NCBI GenBank assembly: GCA_041737355.1
Contig: JBGSRW010000006.1
Coordinates: 3,246-67,245, forward strand
Source of the DNA: Patescibacteria group bacterium
GTDB lineage: Bacteria > Patescibacteriota > Patescibacteriia > XYB2-FULL-38-15
DNA length: 64,000 nucleotides
Direction: 5' to 3'
Positions 49,419 to 58,578 of the stretch are shown in pieces. The notes below the pieces were generated by a model. That model was not told where the DNA came from and did not search any database. It saw only the letters and a list, made by a program, of their open reading frames with translations. How positions within the stretch are numbered: the first letter of the stretch is position 1; each line of letters opens with the position of its first letter. The translations under genes and the position numbers were made by a program.

Positions 49419-50663
49419 TTAAGCTTTCAATTTATCTTCAATCCACATCAACCGATTATATTTGCAAATTCTTTCGCTGCGCGAGAGCGAGCCGGTTTTG
49501 ATGTAAGGGCAACCGAGACCGACAACCAGGTCGGCAATGAATGGATCTTCGGTTTCGCCGGAGCGATGCGAGACAACCGCCGACCATCCTTGTTTTTGTG
49601 TCATCTGGATCGCATCAATTGTTTCAGAGAGCGAGCCGATTTGATTTAATTTGATGAGCACGGAATTTACGGCGTCGCGGTCAATCGCCGTTTTTATTCT
49701 TTCGATATTGGTCACAAGCAAATCGTCGCCAACAATTTTAATTTTTTTGCCGAAAATTTTTGTCATCTCGGTAAAGGCCGCCCAATCATCTTCGGCAAAC
49801 GGGTCTTCAACTAAAACAATCGGGTATTTTGCCAATAATTTTTTATACCAGACCAAGAGCTCGTTGCTTTTTAATTTCTTCTCCTTACCGTTGATTTTTA
49901 ATTTATAAATTCCTTTTTCAAAGAAACTTGAAGCGGCCACATCCATCCCGATTTTTACTTTGCCGGTATAGCCGGCTTTTTTAATTGCTTCCACAATTAA
50001 ATCCAGCGCCTTCTCGTTTGACGGCAATCGCGGAGCAAACCCGCCTTCGTCGCCCACTCCGGTCTGATAGCCTTTCTTTTTTAAAATATCTTTCAGGGTA
50101 TGAAAAATTTCTGCCCCGGCCCGCAGACGTTCGTGAAAATTTGTAAATCCAACCGGCAAAATCATGAACTCCTGGGGATCAAGGCCGCTGTCGGCGTGTT
50201 TTCCGCCGTTTACGATATTCATCATCGGCACCGGAAGTTTTAAATCTTTGTTGCCCACTAAACCGCCGAGATATTCGTACAATTCCACACCGCCTACAAA
50301 TGCCGCAGCGCGGCCAAAAGCCAGCGACACTCCCAAAATTGCATTTGCTCCGAGACGCGATTTATTTTTTGTTCCGTCCAGTTGAATTAAAAAATTATCC
50401 AAACCGCGCTGGTCAAAATCTTTGCCGACGATAGCAGAGGAAATCGTTTCATTTACATTACGAACCGCTTTCAGCACGCCTTTACCCAGATATCTTTTTT
50501 TGTCTCCGTCGCGAAGTTCGAGGGCTTCATGAATTCCGGTTGAAGCGCCGCTCGGTACTGAAGCAATACCTCTCCCACCCTCAAGATTTAATTCCACTTC
50601 AATTGTCGGATTTCCCCGTGAATCCAAAATTTCCCTTGCTTGGATTGAAATAATTTTTGCCAT
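49419..50663 (-). CDS. eno: Enolase
   Basis: [35 protein letters not shown]. Confidence 0.98.
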   Translation of the reverse strand: MAKIISIQAREILDSRGNPTIEVELNLEGGRGIASVPSGASTGIHEALELRDGDKKRYLGKGVLKAVRNVNETISSAIVGKDFDQRGLDNFLIQLDGTKNKSRLGANAILGVSLAFGRAAAFVGGVELYEYLGGLVGNKDLKLPVPMMNIVNGGKHADSGLDPQEFMILPVGFTNFHERLRAGAEIFHTLKDILKKKGYQTGVGDEGGFAPRLPSNEKALDLIVEAIKKAGYTGKVKIGMDVAASSFFEKGIYKLKINGKEKKLKSNELLVWYKKLLAKYPIVLVEDPFAEDDWAAFTEMTKIFGKKIKIVGDDLLVTNIERIKTAIDRDAVNSVLIKLNQIGSLSETIDAIQMTQKQGWSAVVSHRSGETEDPFIADLVVGLGCPYIKTGSLSRSERICKYNRLMWIEDKLKA

Positions 50664-50754
50664 AGTCAAAAAAATTTATAATTTTATTACTTAATCATAC
50701 CATAAATCAGACAAACAAAAAAACCGCGCCGGCCGGCGCGGTTTTGGAAAATTA

Positions 50755-51348
50755 TTATTGTTGTTTTTGCACAACCTCTACCGTTTTATCTTTAACGAGA
50801 TAGCCGACCAATCTTTTTACCTCATCTTGCGTTTTTTGATTGGCGTTGGCCATCATCTCGGCCGTTGTCGAGTTTTCCTCGGCCTGTTTAATCATCTCTA
50901 CCACCGCCTGATTGTAGCCGTCGTTGTTCTCAAAAATTCTCTTAAGGAGTCCCTGCTTATTTTCCAGATTGATATCACCGACTATCCTTGAATTAAAAAT
51001 CTCTGCGGCCGGAATTGCAACAACTACTTTATCGGTTTCTATTTTTATATCCTCTTCTCCAAGTTTTGCCAAATCAACTCCCAAATTTACTTCGGCCACA
51101 CCATACGCTTTTATCGCCTGGCCCCAGAGAATTTTTCGCCAAAAACTTTCCGCATCGTTAGCAATTGTTATCACCTCGTTGAAAACATTCGTCTGCGTCA
51201 CCAGGAATCCCCGATCGCGAAGGGCCGACAAAATTACCTGGCTTGTTACCTGCGGCGCCACAACCCTCTTTGTCCCCCACCACCCGGCAATAATCCCGAC
51301 CGCAAAAATCACGACGGCGATACCGACATACCAAAAAACTTTCTTCAT
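50755..51348 (-). CDS. DUF4230-like membrane-anchored protein
   Basis: N-terminal TM; GVDLAKL...V.IPAAEI pattern. Confidence 0.7.
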   Translation of the reverse strand: MKKVFWYVGIAVVIFAVGIIAGWWGTKRVVAPQVTSQVILSALRDRGFLVTQTNVFNEVITIANDAESFWRKILWGQAIKAYGVAEVNLGVDLAKLGEEDIKIETDKVVVAIPAAEIFNSRIVGDINLENKQGLLKRIFENNDGYNQAVVEMIKQAEENSTTAEMMANANQKTQDEVKRLVGYLVKDKTVEVVQKQQ

Positions 51349-51354
51349 AGAATT

Positions 51355-51669
51355 TTACAAAATCCAATTAGTAATAAAACCTATAATTATGCCTCCCGTT
51401 ACTCCAATCCCAATAATCGGCACATAAGCCCGCGTAATAATTGCCGACGGCAGACTAAGCCCCAGTCCAAAAATTGCGCCCGTCATGGCTGGGTGGATTC
51501 CTAAACTCATAACCGGAACCAAAAATCCAAGCATAAAACGATCGACGAAAGCGCTTATCAAAGCTTCCTGTTTTTTTCTTTTGTCTTCGATTTTAATCGG
51601 CAGCATTACTAACACATCAAGAACCCCAAAAACTAATCCGCAAATTAAACCTAAGGTTATAGCGCTCAT
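51355..51669 (-). CDS. Small 4-TM hypothetical membrane protein
   Basis: Gly-rich hydrophobic segments. Confidence 0.75.
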   Translation of the reverse strand: MSAITLGLICGLVFGVLDVLVMLPIKIEDKRKKQEALISAFVDRFMLGFLVPVMSLGIHPAMTGAIFGLGLSLPSAIITRAYVPIIGIGVTGGIIIGFITNWIL

Positions 51670-51675
51670 AAAACT

Positions 51676-52158
51676 TTATTCAACTTGTGCGAAAAGAACC
51701 ACATAATTTTTCCCGTAGACCTTGGCGCATTTAGGACAGGTTGTATAGGAAAAATAAAGTTTTTTCATTGTCCTACCTTTTGCTTTTACATACTCCGCCA
51801 TTTCCGCAGCCCATTTCCCCGCATTCTGATACGGCCCTTCAAAAACTTTTGTAAAAAATGTCCCGGAAAGAGTTACCATCTTGGCGCCGGGCACGTCACG
51901 TGTCGCATCAATATAAATATCCGCGCCCCAAAGCGACTTTTCGTCGGTGAGCATCAATTGTTCGCCTTTCGCTCCCGCTTTTTCTATCAATGCCATGTTT
52001 TTGACAACCTTTCTGCCCATATTGAGAGGCATATGCAAGAAACTTGTCACATGGTCTTTGGCAAATAACTTCTTTTCCCACTTGATTTCTTTGTCCTTCC
52101 ACGGTTCCGGACTGAACGGTTCGCAGCAGCCGGTTCTCTTGATGTTTTGTTCGGTCAT
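51676..52158 (-). CDS. Hypothetical protein (GyrI-like fold; CC and CxxC motifs)
   Basis: TGCC..F, VFEGPY, YTTCPKCAK.YGKNYVV. Confidence 0.75.
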   Translation of the reverse strand: MTEQNIKRTGCCEPFSPEPWKDKEIKWEKKLFAKDHVTSFLHMPLNMGRKVVKNMALIEKAGAKGEQLMLTDEKSLWGADIYIDATRDVPGAKMVTLSGTFFTKVFEGPYQNAGKWAAEMAEYVKAKGRTMKKLYFSYTTCPKCAKVYGKNYVVLFAQVE

Positions 52159-52205
52159 AAATTTTAAATTATTCAAAATTATTTTAATTCCTATCGCGGC
52201 CTTAG

Positions 52206-52276
52206 TCGGGGTGCCGGGAATTGAACCCGGATCACACCCACCCCAAGGGTGCGTCCTGCCGTTAGACTACACCCCG
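52206..52276 (-). tRNA. tRNA-Pro(GGG), CCA not encoded
   Basis: CGGGGTG/CACCCCG, CACCC-TTGGGGT-GGGTG anticodon arm, GTTCAA; promoter TTGCGG-17-TATACT at 52330..52302. Confidence 0.93.
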
Positions 52277-52347
52277 ACCAAAGCCACGATTGAATTCTTT
52301 CAGTATAAAGGAATTACAAATAACCCGCAATCATCCTTCTCTATCGG

Positions 52348-52391
52348 CGCTCGCTCGGAAATGAAATTAAAATTTCATTTCTCTCGCTCGC
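52348..52391. repeat. REP-like element: 11-bp inverted repeat flanked by CTCGCTCG direct repeats
   Basis: cgctcgctcg-gaaatgaaatt-aa-aatttcatttc-tctcgctcgc. Confidence 0.55.
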
Positions 52392-52487
52392 TTGATAATA
52401 AAAAAGCGGGCCAAACGCAACTGCGTCAGGCCCACAATCTCTTTTTTCGCGCGTTCCTCCTTAAGCGCGAAAGTGTTCGGCCACAAG

Positions 52488-52802
52488 CTAGCAGCCGTGG
52501 CCAGTCACCTTTCCCCAGCCGGAAACTTCTTCGTTGGTAAGTGGTGGCGAGTTGCTCACTTTCCCCTCAGAGCCTGCCTCAGGCTCTGCGCGTTTGGTTG
52601 TCTCGCTCTCGCCAGCCGACGTAGGGGGGATACCAAGAAAATTCATATCGTGCCCAATCGGCTCGGCAAAGATTCTGCCGAGAAGATCAACCTCTTCGTC
52701 TTTCGTCATCTCGTGCTTGCCAAGTTTTCTCTCTCTCGCTTCCCGCCGTAGACGGTCCGCCCGCAGTTCAATAGGCCGCTTTTCTTTCCCTATCCCGCTC
52801 AT
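52488..52802 (-). CDS. Orphan 104-aa protein downstream of putative Phe attenuator
   Basis: AAAGGAGG 5 nt before ATG; own downstream terminator ~52401..52436. Confidence 0.65.
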   Translation of the reverse strand: MSGIGKEKRPIELRADRLRREARERKLGKHEMTKDEEVDLLGRIFAEPIGHDMNFLGIPPTSAGESETTKRAEPEAGSEGKVSNSPPLTNEEVSGWGKVTGHGC

Positions 52803-52872
52803 TCTCTCCTCCTTTTGTTAAAACCTCAAATTCGACGGCTAGGGAAAAAATCCTTTCCTCAGCCGTCGAACC

Positions 52873-52905
52873 AAAAACCGCTCCGATTTTCGTCGGAGCG
52901 GTTTT
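52873..52905 (-). terminator. Attenuator terminator (3:4 hairpin)
   Basis: AAAACCGCTCCGA-CGAAAA-TCGGAGCGGTTTTT. Confidence 0.85.
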
Positions 52906-52922
52906 AATCAATTTATTTTAGA

Positions 52923-52991
52923 CTAAAAACCTTTCCGACGATTCGGAGTAAAAAAGAAAAAAGTAAAATATTTCCAAACGGCTGTGTTCAT
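52923..52991 (-). CDS. Putative Phe-rich leader peptide MNTAVWKYFTFFFFTPNRRKGF
   Basis: 22-codon ORF with 5 Phe in 6 codons whose 3' end is complementary to the downstream terminator arm. Confidence 0.65.
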   Translation of the reverse strand: MNTAVWKYFTFFFFTPNRRKGF

Positions 52992-53030
52992 ACTTTTTTA
53001 TTTTACCGCTAATCAAAATTTGGCCAGTAA

Positions 53031-53636
53031 CTATTCTTTGATGCCGTCGACGTTAACGTCGTACAGCATCTTATCCTGCACGAGATTGTATTTGAAAACT
53101 TCTTCCGGCCGGAACCAGATGGCTATTTCTTTTTCCGCCTCGTCAACGCTTCCCGAAGCGTGGATCAAATTTCTGATAGCCCGTTCGTCAAGGTCGCTCA
53201 TATCGTAGGAATCAACCGTAAAATCGCCGCGGATTGTCCCGACATCAGAGGTCAGGGGCTCTGTCCCGCCGGTAATTTTTCTCACAATACCAACCGCCTT
53301 GTTTCCCTGCCAAACCATGGCAATTACCGGACCGCTGGTCATATATTTTTTAAGACGCCCCAAAACCGCCCGTCCGCAATCTTCCGGATTTTTAAATGGA
53401 GCCTCGAGACCCTTGCCTTGATAAGAGGCAATTGATTTTTCCCCTACTTTTCTTATCCAGGCCGGATCAACCGTGTAATGTCTTTCGACAAAATCTTCCG
53501 TGGGGATAGTCATTTTAAGAGCTGCGAGCTTAAGCCCGGTTCTTTCATAACGCCTGACGATTTCACCGATAAGGGTTCTCTGTATCCCGTCTGGTTTTAT
53601 AATTACGAGCGTTCGTTCTTTTTTGGGGTGTTCCAT
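53031..53636 (-). CDS. ndk: Nucleoside diphosphate kinase
   Basis: ERTLVIIKPDG, GTIRGDF, NLIHAS. Confidence 0.95.
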   Translation of the reverse strand: MEHPKKERTLVIIKPDGIQRTLIGEIVRRYERTGLKLAALKMTIPTEDFVERHYTVDPAWIRKVGEKSIASYQGKGLEAPFKNPEDCGRAVLGRLKKYMTSGPVIAMVWQGNKAVGIVRKITGGTEPLTSDVGTIRGDFTVDSYDMSDLDERAIRNLIHASGSVDEAEKEIAIWFRPEEVFKYNLVQDKMLYDVNVDGIKE

Positions 53637-53719
53637 AAATAAAAACTATTTTAATGAATAATTAGGCTATCATAACAAAAGATATAAAAAAAACAATACT
53701 GCCGATGTTTATCCCCTCC

Positions 53720-54592
53720 TCATTTATTTTTTACCTCTATTTTTGTTCCATCGCTTATAATTTTAATATCTCCGTTTTTATCGGTCCTCAATATTTTCAC
53801 ACCCGCCTTGGTGAGTCTCTCCAATGTGAGCTCGCTCGGATGGCCAAAAGTGTTTTTTTTCCCGACCGAAATAACGGCAATCTCCGGTTTAACTTTTTCC
53901 AAAAAATTCTGGCTGGTGGAGTATTTGCTGCCGTGGTGCGCGACTTTGAGAACATTCGCCGCCAAATTGTCTGACTTTATCAATTGTTTTTCTTCCTCGT
54001 TTTCCGCATCACCGGTAAAGAAAAAAGAAGTTTCGCCAAAATCCAACCTAAAAACGATGGAAGTATTGTTCAGAGAATCAGCTTTCTTACCGGTTAAATC
54101 ATCCGCGGGAGAAAGTATTTCTAGTTTAATTTTTTCTCCGAGATTTATCTTTTGTCCCGCCCTTGCAATATCCATCGGAATTTTTTGTTTCTTAATTTCT
54201 TCAAGCCATTTTATATACTCTGAAGTCGTGTGTAGAACGCCCGTTGATAAAACTTTTTTTACTTTGTATCTTTTTAAAACTTCGATTAACCCGGTCAGGT
54301 GATCGGCGTGCGGATGGGTCAAAATAACAAGGTCAATATTTTTGTCGTAAAATGGCAGATTCTCCCCGAGCTTTGTCACGACTTTGTTATCTGGACCGCC
54401 GTCAACCAGAATTCTTTGATGTTCCGGCGTCTTAATCAGAATTGAATCACCCTGTCCAACATCGAAAAAATCAATCTCAAGACCCTTGCTCTCTCCGGAA
54501 AATTGAAAAAAGGAAATACCAGCCAAAACCAAAAGGGCGGAAAAAAATCCAATGAGCCGGACGGTCAATTTTTTATATTTTGATTCAAGCAT
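53720..54592 (-). CDS. ComEC-type metallo-beta-lactamase nuclease domain (stand-alone)
   Basis: DVGQGDS, LTHPHADH, NNTSIV, FTGD, KVAHHGS, FGHP, RTDKNG. Confidence 0.9.
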   Translation of the reverse strand: MLESKYKKLTVRLIGFFSALLVLAGISFFQFSGESKGLEIDFFDVGQGDSILIKTPEHQRILVDGGPDNKVVTKLGENLPFYDKNIDLVILTHPHADHLTGLIEVLKRYKVKKVLSTGVLHTTSEYIKWLEEIKKQKIPMDIARAGQKINLGEKIKLEILSPADDLTGKKADSLNNTSIVFRLDFGETSFFFTGDAENEEEKQLIKSDNLAANVLKVAHHGSKYSTSQNFLEKVKPEIAVISVGKKNTFGHPSELTLERLTKAGVKILRTDKNGDIKIISDGTKIEVKNK

Positions 54593-54613
54593 TAGTTTTT
54601 AAATTATTGCTTT

Positions 54614-56077
54614 TCATTTTTTCCCCTGTCGCCAGACGAACCATGCGATTATTAAATATGTCACAACGACGACGATCCAATGTATCTGGCCGAGATTGAA
54701 AGCGGCAAAAGGAATTTCCGCCAAAATCTCCGCCGCCTTTATTATATAACTTAGGGAAAACCATGCCAACCAAGCCAGAACCTGGCCCAACCCGGTATAA
54801 ATCAGCCCGCCCAGCACGGCAATAAAACCGAGCGCCATTGTCAGGGGAATTACCGGCAAAATCAAAAGATTAGCTATTGGCGCGATAAAAGAGATTCTGC
54901 CAAAATTGTATAAAATCAGAGGCAAGGTCATGACGATTGCTGATAGAGTTGTGGTAAGCGATTCTTTTATACCAAAAAACGACGGTGCCTTGGCTAAATA
55001 TTTTTCCAAAATCGGCGAAAGAAAAACGAGGCCAACGGTGGCGGCAAAAGACAATTGAAATCCCACGTCAAATGCCAAAATTTTCGGATTTAAAAATAGC
55101 ATGGCCGCGGCGGTGAGCATTAGCGCATTTGTTATTTTACTTACCCGCCCGACTTGGGAGGCAAGAAGAACCAGGCAGCCCATTATGGCGGCCCGTACTA
55201 CCGAAGCGGAAGCGCCGGTTAAAATAACGAAAAAAATTATCCCGGAAAGAGCAACCCAGAAAGATTTTTTTCTGGCGAGGCCGAGCCCTTTCGCAAGCTT
55301 CATCAAGAGAGCTGCCAAAATTGTGATGTTGTATCCGGAAATGGCGATGATATGCGTCGTGCCGGTGATATTAAATTTTTCCATCAAATCCTGCGGGATG
55401 CCGCGCCGCGCACCGTAAAGTAAGCCGCCAAGAAACGCCGCCTGCGGTTCCGGCAAAATCCGGTTAACCGTAAAAACTAATTTTTCTTTAACCAATAGAA
55501 TTCCGATCACGATCCAATTACCCTCCCCGCCGCCCAGCAACTTAATTTCCGGCCAATAACAAAGTGAGTAAATATTTTCCTTGGCCAGATATTTGTCGTA
55601 AGCGAATTCTTCAATCGGTTCGGGTTTTTTAAGCTCGCATTTTATTTCGAGTTTGTCACCGTATTTATAATCGGGATAGAGTTTGGCGTTCACTAAAACT
55701 TTTCCGCTAATATTTTTCCGCCCGCCGCCGGTTACCAGCCCAGAACTTTCCACTATCAATTTCACGCCGCTATCTCTCGTATCCGGTTCTGCGGCTACAA
55801 CCCCGACAAAAGTTTGCTCCCACCCATTGTAGAAGCTGATTTGATTTTCGTTTTGCGGAACGATACTGGCCTCATAACGTAAAATCCCAAAAAATAAAAA
55901 AACTCCTCCCAGTCCGGCAACAATAAAAATTTTCTTAGGCCAGCCGAAAAACAAAAAACCGCATCCGGCTAAAAATACTCCGAACGCGGCCCAAAGCGGC
56001 AGTGGCAAATATGAAGCTATTCCCACGCCTAAGATAAAAAATAAACAGGAATAGAAAAATATTTTGGACTTTGTCAT
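54614..56077 (-). CDS. comEC: ComEC/Rec2 competence channel (OB + Competence domains)
   Basis: GTTHIIAISGYNI, SASVVRA, DVGFQLSFAA. Confidence 0.92.
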   Translation of the reverse strand: MTKSKIFFYSCLFFILGVGIASYLPLPLWAAFGVFLAGCGFLFFGWPKKIFIVAGLGGVFLFFGILRYEASIVPQNENQISFYNGWEQTFVGVVAAEPDTRDSGVKLIVESSGLVTGGGRKNISGKVLVNAKLYPDYKYGDKLEIKCELKKPEPIEEFAYDKYLAKENIYSLCYWPEIKLLGGGEGNWIVIGILLVKEKLVFTVNRILPEPQAAFLGGLLYGARRGIPQDLMEKFNITGTTHIIAISGYNITILAALLMKLAKGLGLARKKSFWVALSGIIFFVILTGASASVVRAAIMGCLVLLASQVGRVSKITNALMLTAAAMLFLNPKILAFDVGFQLSFAATVGLVFLSPILEKYLAKAPSFFGIKESLTTTLSAIVMTLPLILYNFGRISFIAPIANLLILPVIPLTMALGFIAVLGGLIYTGLGQVLAWLAWFSLSYIIKAAEILAEIPFAAFNLGQIHWIVVVVTYLIIAWFVWRQGKK

Positions 56078-58488
56078 TAAACCACAATATTGACGAGCTT
56101 ACCTTTAACAAAAATAATTTTTTTGATTTCCTTGCCCTCAATCCACTTTTTAACCTTCTCGCTCCCGATCGCAAATTTTTTCGCATCATCCTCGCCGATA
56201 TCCGCCCTTGCCTTTACCGTATCACGTACTTTTCCGTTTATTTGAATAACTAAATCTATTTCTTCTTCTACTACCAACTTGGAATCATGCTCCGGCCATT
56301 TTTCAAGATGAATACTTTTTTTCCCACCAGCTTTTTCCCAAAGCTCTTCAACCAAATGCGGGGCAAAAGGCGCTAATATTCTCAAAAATAATTTCCAAAC
56401 ATCCGGAGAAATTTTTTCTTCACCGCTCATAGCGTTCATTAAAATCATCATCTGGGAAACAGCCGTATTGAATTTCATTGCTTCGATATCTTCTCCGACT
56501 TTCTTGACCGTTTGGTGCAATATTTTTTCAATTTCTCTGTTTGCGTTTTTCCCGCTTACCTTTTCCTGCAGCCGCCAAACTCTCTCCAAAAATCTGTAAA
56601 CTCCGACCACTCCCTTTTCATCCCAGGGAATGGCCTGATCAAACGGCCCCATGAACATTTCGTAAATCCGCAAAGTATCGGCGCCGAAACGGGTTACTAC
56701 GTCATCGGGATTGACGACATTTCCGCGCGATTTTGACATTTTTTCTCCGCCCTCGCCCAAAATCAAACCGTGCGAAGTTCTTTTTTTGTACGGTTCATCG
56801 CCGCACTCTTTGGGAATAACGCCGATATCATATAAAAATTTATACCAAAAACGCGAATACAAAAGATGAAGAGTGGTATGCTCCATTCCCCCATTGTACC
56901 AATCAACCGGCATCCAATATTTTAAATTCTTGCCGTTGGCAAATTCTTTTTTATTTTTCGGATCGGTGTAGCGCATGAAATACCAGGACGATCCGGCCCA
57001 ATTTGGCATGGTGTCCGTCTCACGCCGCGCCGTGCCATTACACTTCGGGCATTTTGTCTTGACCCATTTTTCCATTGCCGCAAGCGGCGACTCGCCTGTC
57101 TCGGTCGGCTCATATTTTTTAACTTTCGGCAACTCAACCGGCAAGTCTTTTTCCGGCACCGGCACCCAGCCGCATTTTTCACAATAGATAAGCGGAATCG
57201 GCTCGCCCCAATATCTTTGCCTAGAAAAAACCCAGTCGCGCAATTTATAATTCACGGCTTTTTTGCCAATCTTTTTTTCCAGAAGCCACGCTGTCATTTT
57301 TTCAATCGCTTCGCTTGGCTTCAGACCGTTTAAAAATTCTGAATTGACCATTATCCCCTTATCAATTTCGGTAAAAGCTCCCTTACTAATGTCACCACCA
57401 CTGATCACTTCTCGAATTAGCAAATCAAATTTTTTAGCGAAAGCAAAATCCCGTTCGTCGTGGGCCGGGACAGCCATAATCGCGCCAGTGCCATAACCGG
57501 TCAAAACATAATCGGCCACCCAAATGGGAATCTCCTCATTATTCACCGGATTAATTGCCTTGATACCCCCCAACTCCACGCCAGTTTTTTCTTTTTGTAA
57601 TTCCGTCCGTTCCAAATCAGACTTTCTTTTTGCTTTGGCAATATATTTTTCCACTTCGACCCAATTAGAAATTTTTGATTTTAATTTTTCCACCATCTCG
57701 TGTTCCGGCGCCAAAACCATGTAAGTAGCGCCAAACAAAGTATCCGGTCTTGTTGTAAACACCTTAATCTTTAATTCTGAATTCTTAATTCCAAATTCCA
57801 CCTCCGTGCCTTCCGATTTTCCAATCCAATTTACCTGCTGATCCTTTATCCGCGGGGCGTAATCAACTTTTTCCAAACCCTCGAGCAGCCGCTCGGCGTA
57901 TTTGGTAATTTTTATCATCCACTGCTCTTTCGTCTTTTTTTCCACTATGCCACCACAGCGCTCGCAAACGCCGTTCACCACTTCTTCATTCGCCAGACCG
58001 ATTTTGCATTTTGTACACCAGTTGATAGCGATTTTATCTTTGTAGGCCAGGCCGTGTTTGAAAAATTGTAGAAACATCCATTGCGTCCATTTGTAATATT
58101 CGGGATCGGTTGTATTTATCTCCCGCGACCAATCGAAAGAAAGGCCAAGCGATTTCAACTGCCTAGTAAAATTTTTAATATTTTTGGCAGTGGCAATTGC
58201 CGGCTGAATCCCGGTTTTTATGGCGTAATTTTCCGCGGGTAAACCAAAAGCGTCCCAACCGATTGGGTACAAAACATTTTTCCCCTGCATCCGATGTTTT
58301 CGGGCAACGATGTCCAGAGCCGTATAACTTCGCGGGTGGCCGACGTGCAGCCCTTCGCCGGACGGATAGGGGAACTCAATCAGGCAATAAAACTTCTCCT
58401 TTTTGGAATTTTCTTTAACTTCGTAAATTTTCCCTTTTTCCCATTTTGCCTGCCACTTCTTCTCAATTTTCTTGAAATTATAATCCAT
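56077..58488 (-). CDS. leuS: Leucyl-tRNA synthetase
   Basis: FPYPSG.GLHVGH, FTTRPDT, SRQRYWGEPIP, KMSKS. Confidence 0.98.
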   Translation of the reverse strand: MDYNFKKIEKKWQAKWEKGKIYEVKENSKKEKFYCLIEFPYPSGEGLHVGHPRSYTALDIVARKHRMQGKNVLYPIGWDAFGLPAENYAIKTGIQPAIATAKNIKNFTRQLKSLGLSFDWSREINTTDPEYYKWTQWMFLQFFKHGLAYKDKIAINWCTKCKIGLANEEVVNGVCERCGGIVEKKTKEQWMIKITKYAERLLEGLEKVDYAPRIKDQQVNWIGKSEGTEVEFGIKNSELKIKVFTTRPDTLFGATYMVLAPEHEMVEKLKSKISNWVEVEKYIAKAKRKSDLERTELQKEKTGVELGGIKAINPVNNEEIPIWVADYVLTGYGTGAIMAVPAHDERDFAFAKKFDLLIREVISGGDISKGAFTEIDKGIMVNSEFLNGLKPSEAIEKMTAWLLEKKIGKKAVNYKLRDWVFSRQRYWGEPIPLIYCEKCGWVPVPEKDLPVELPKVKKYEPTETGESPLAAMEKWVKTKCPKCNGTARRETDTMPNWAGSSWYFMRYTDPKNKKEFANGKNLKYWMPVDWYNGGMEHTTLHLLYSRFWYKFLYDIGVIPKECGDEPYKKRTSHGLILGEGGEKMSKSRGNVVNPDDVVTRFGADTLRIYEMFMGPFDQAIPWDEKGVVGVYRFLERVWRLQEKVSGKNANREIEKILHQTVKKVGEDIEAMKFNTAVSQMMILMNAMSGEEKISPDVWKLFLRILAPFAPHLVEELWEKAGGKKSIHLEKWPEHDSKLVVEEEIDLVIQINGKVRDTVKARADIGEDDAKKFAIGSEKVKKWIEGKEIKKIIFVKGKLVNIVV

Positions 58489-58578
58489 ATTATTAATATC
58501 TTAACATAAACGTCCTAATAAAAAAAGCTCCGCGGTTGGCCTTTAAACCATGCACACGGAGCATGTCTCTCTCCAAAA

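Noticed and set aside
52201-52280. Inverted tRNA-Pro (plus strand ends in ACCA)
   Set aside because: D- and T-arm order and a TTGCGG-17-TATACT promoter support the minus strand; the ACCA is part of the leader/trailer complementarity
58489-58578. T-box leaders upstream of leuS or asnS
   Set aside because: Intergenics are too short and lack the T-box consensus; the hairpins are terminators of the upstream genes
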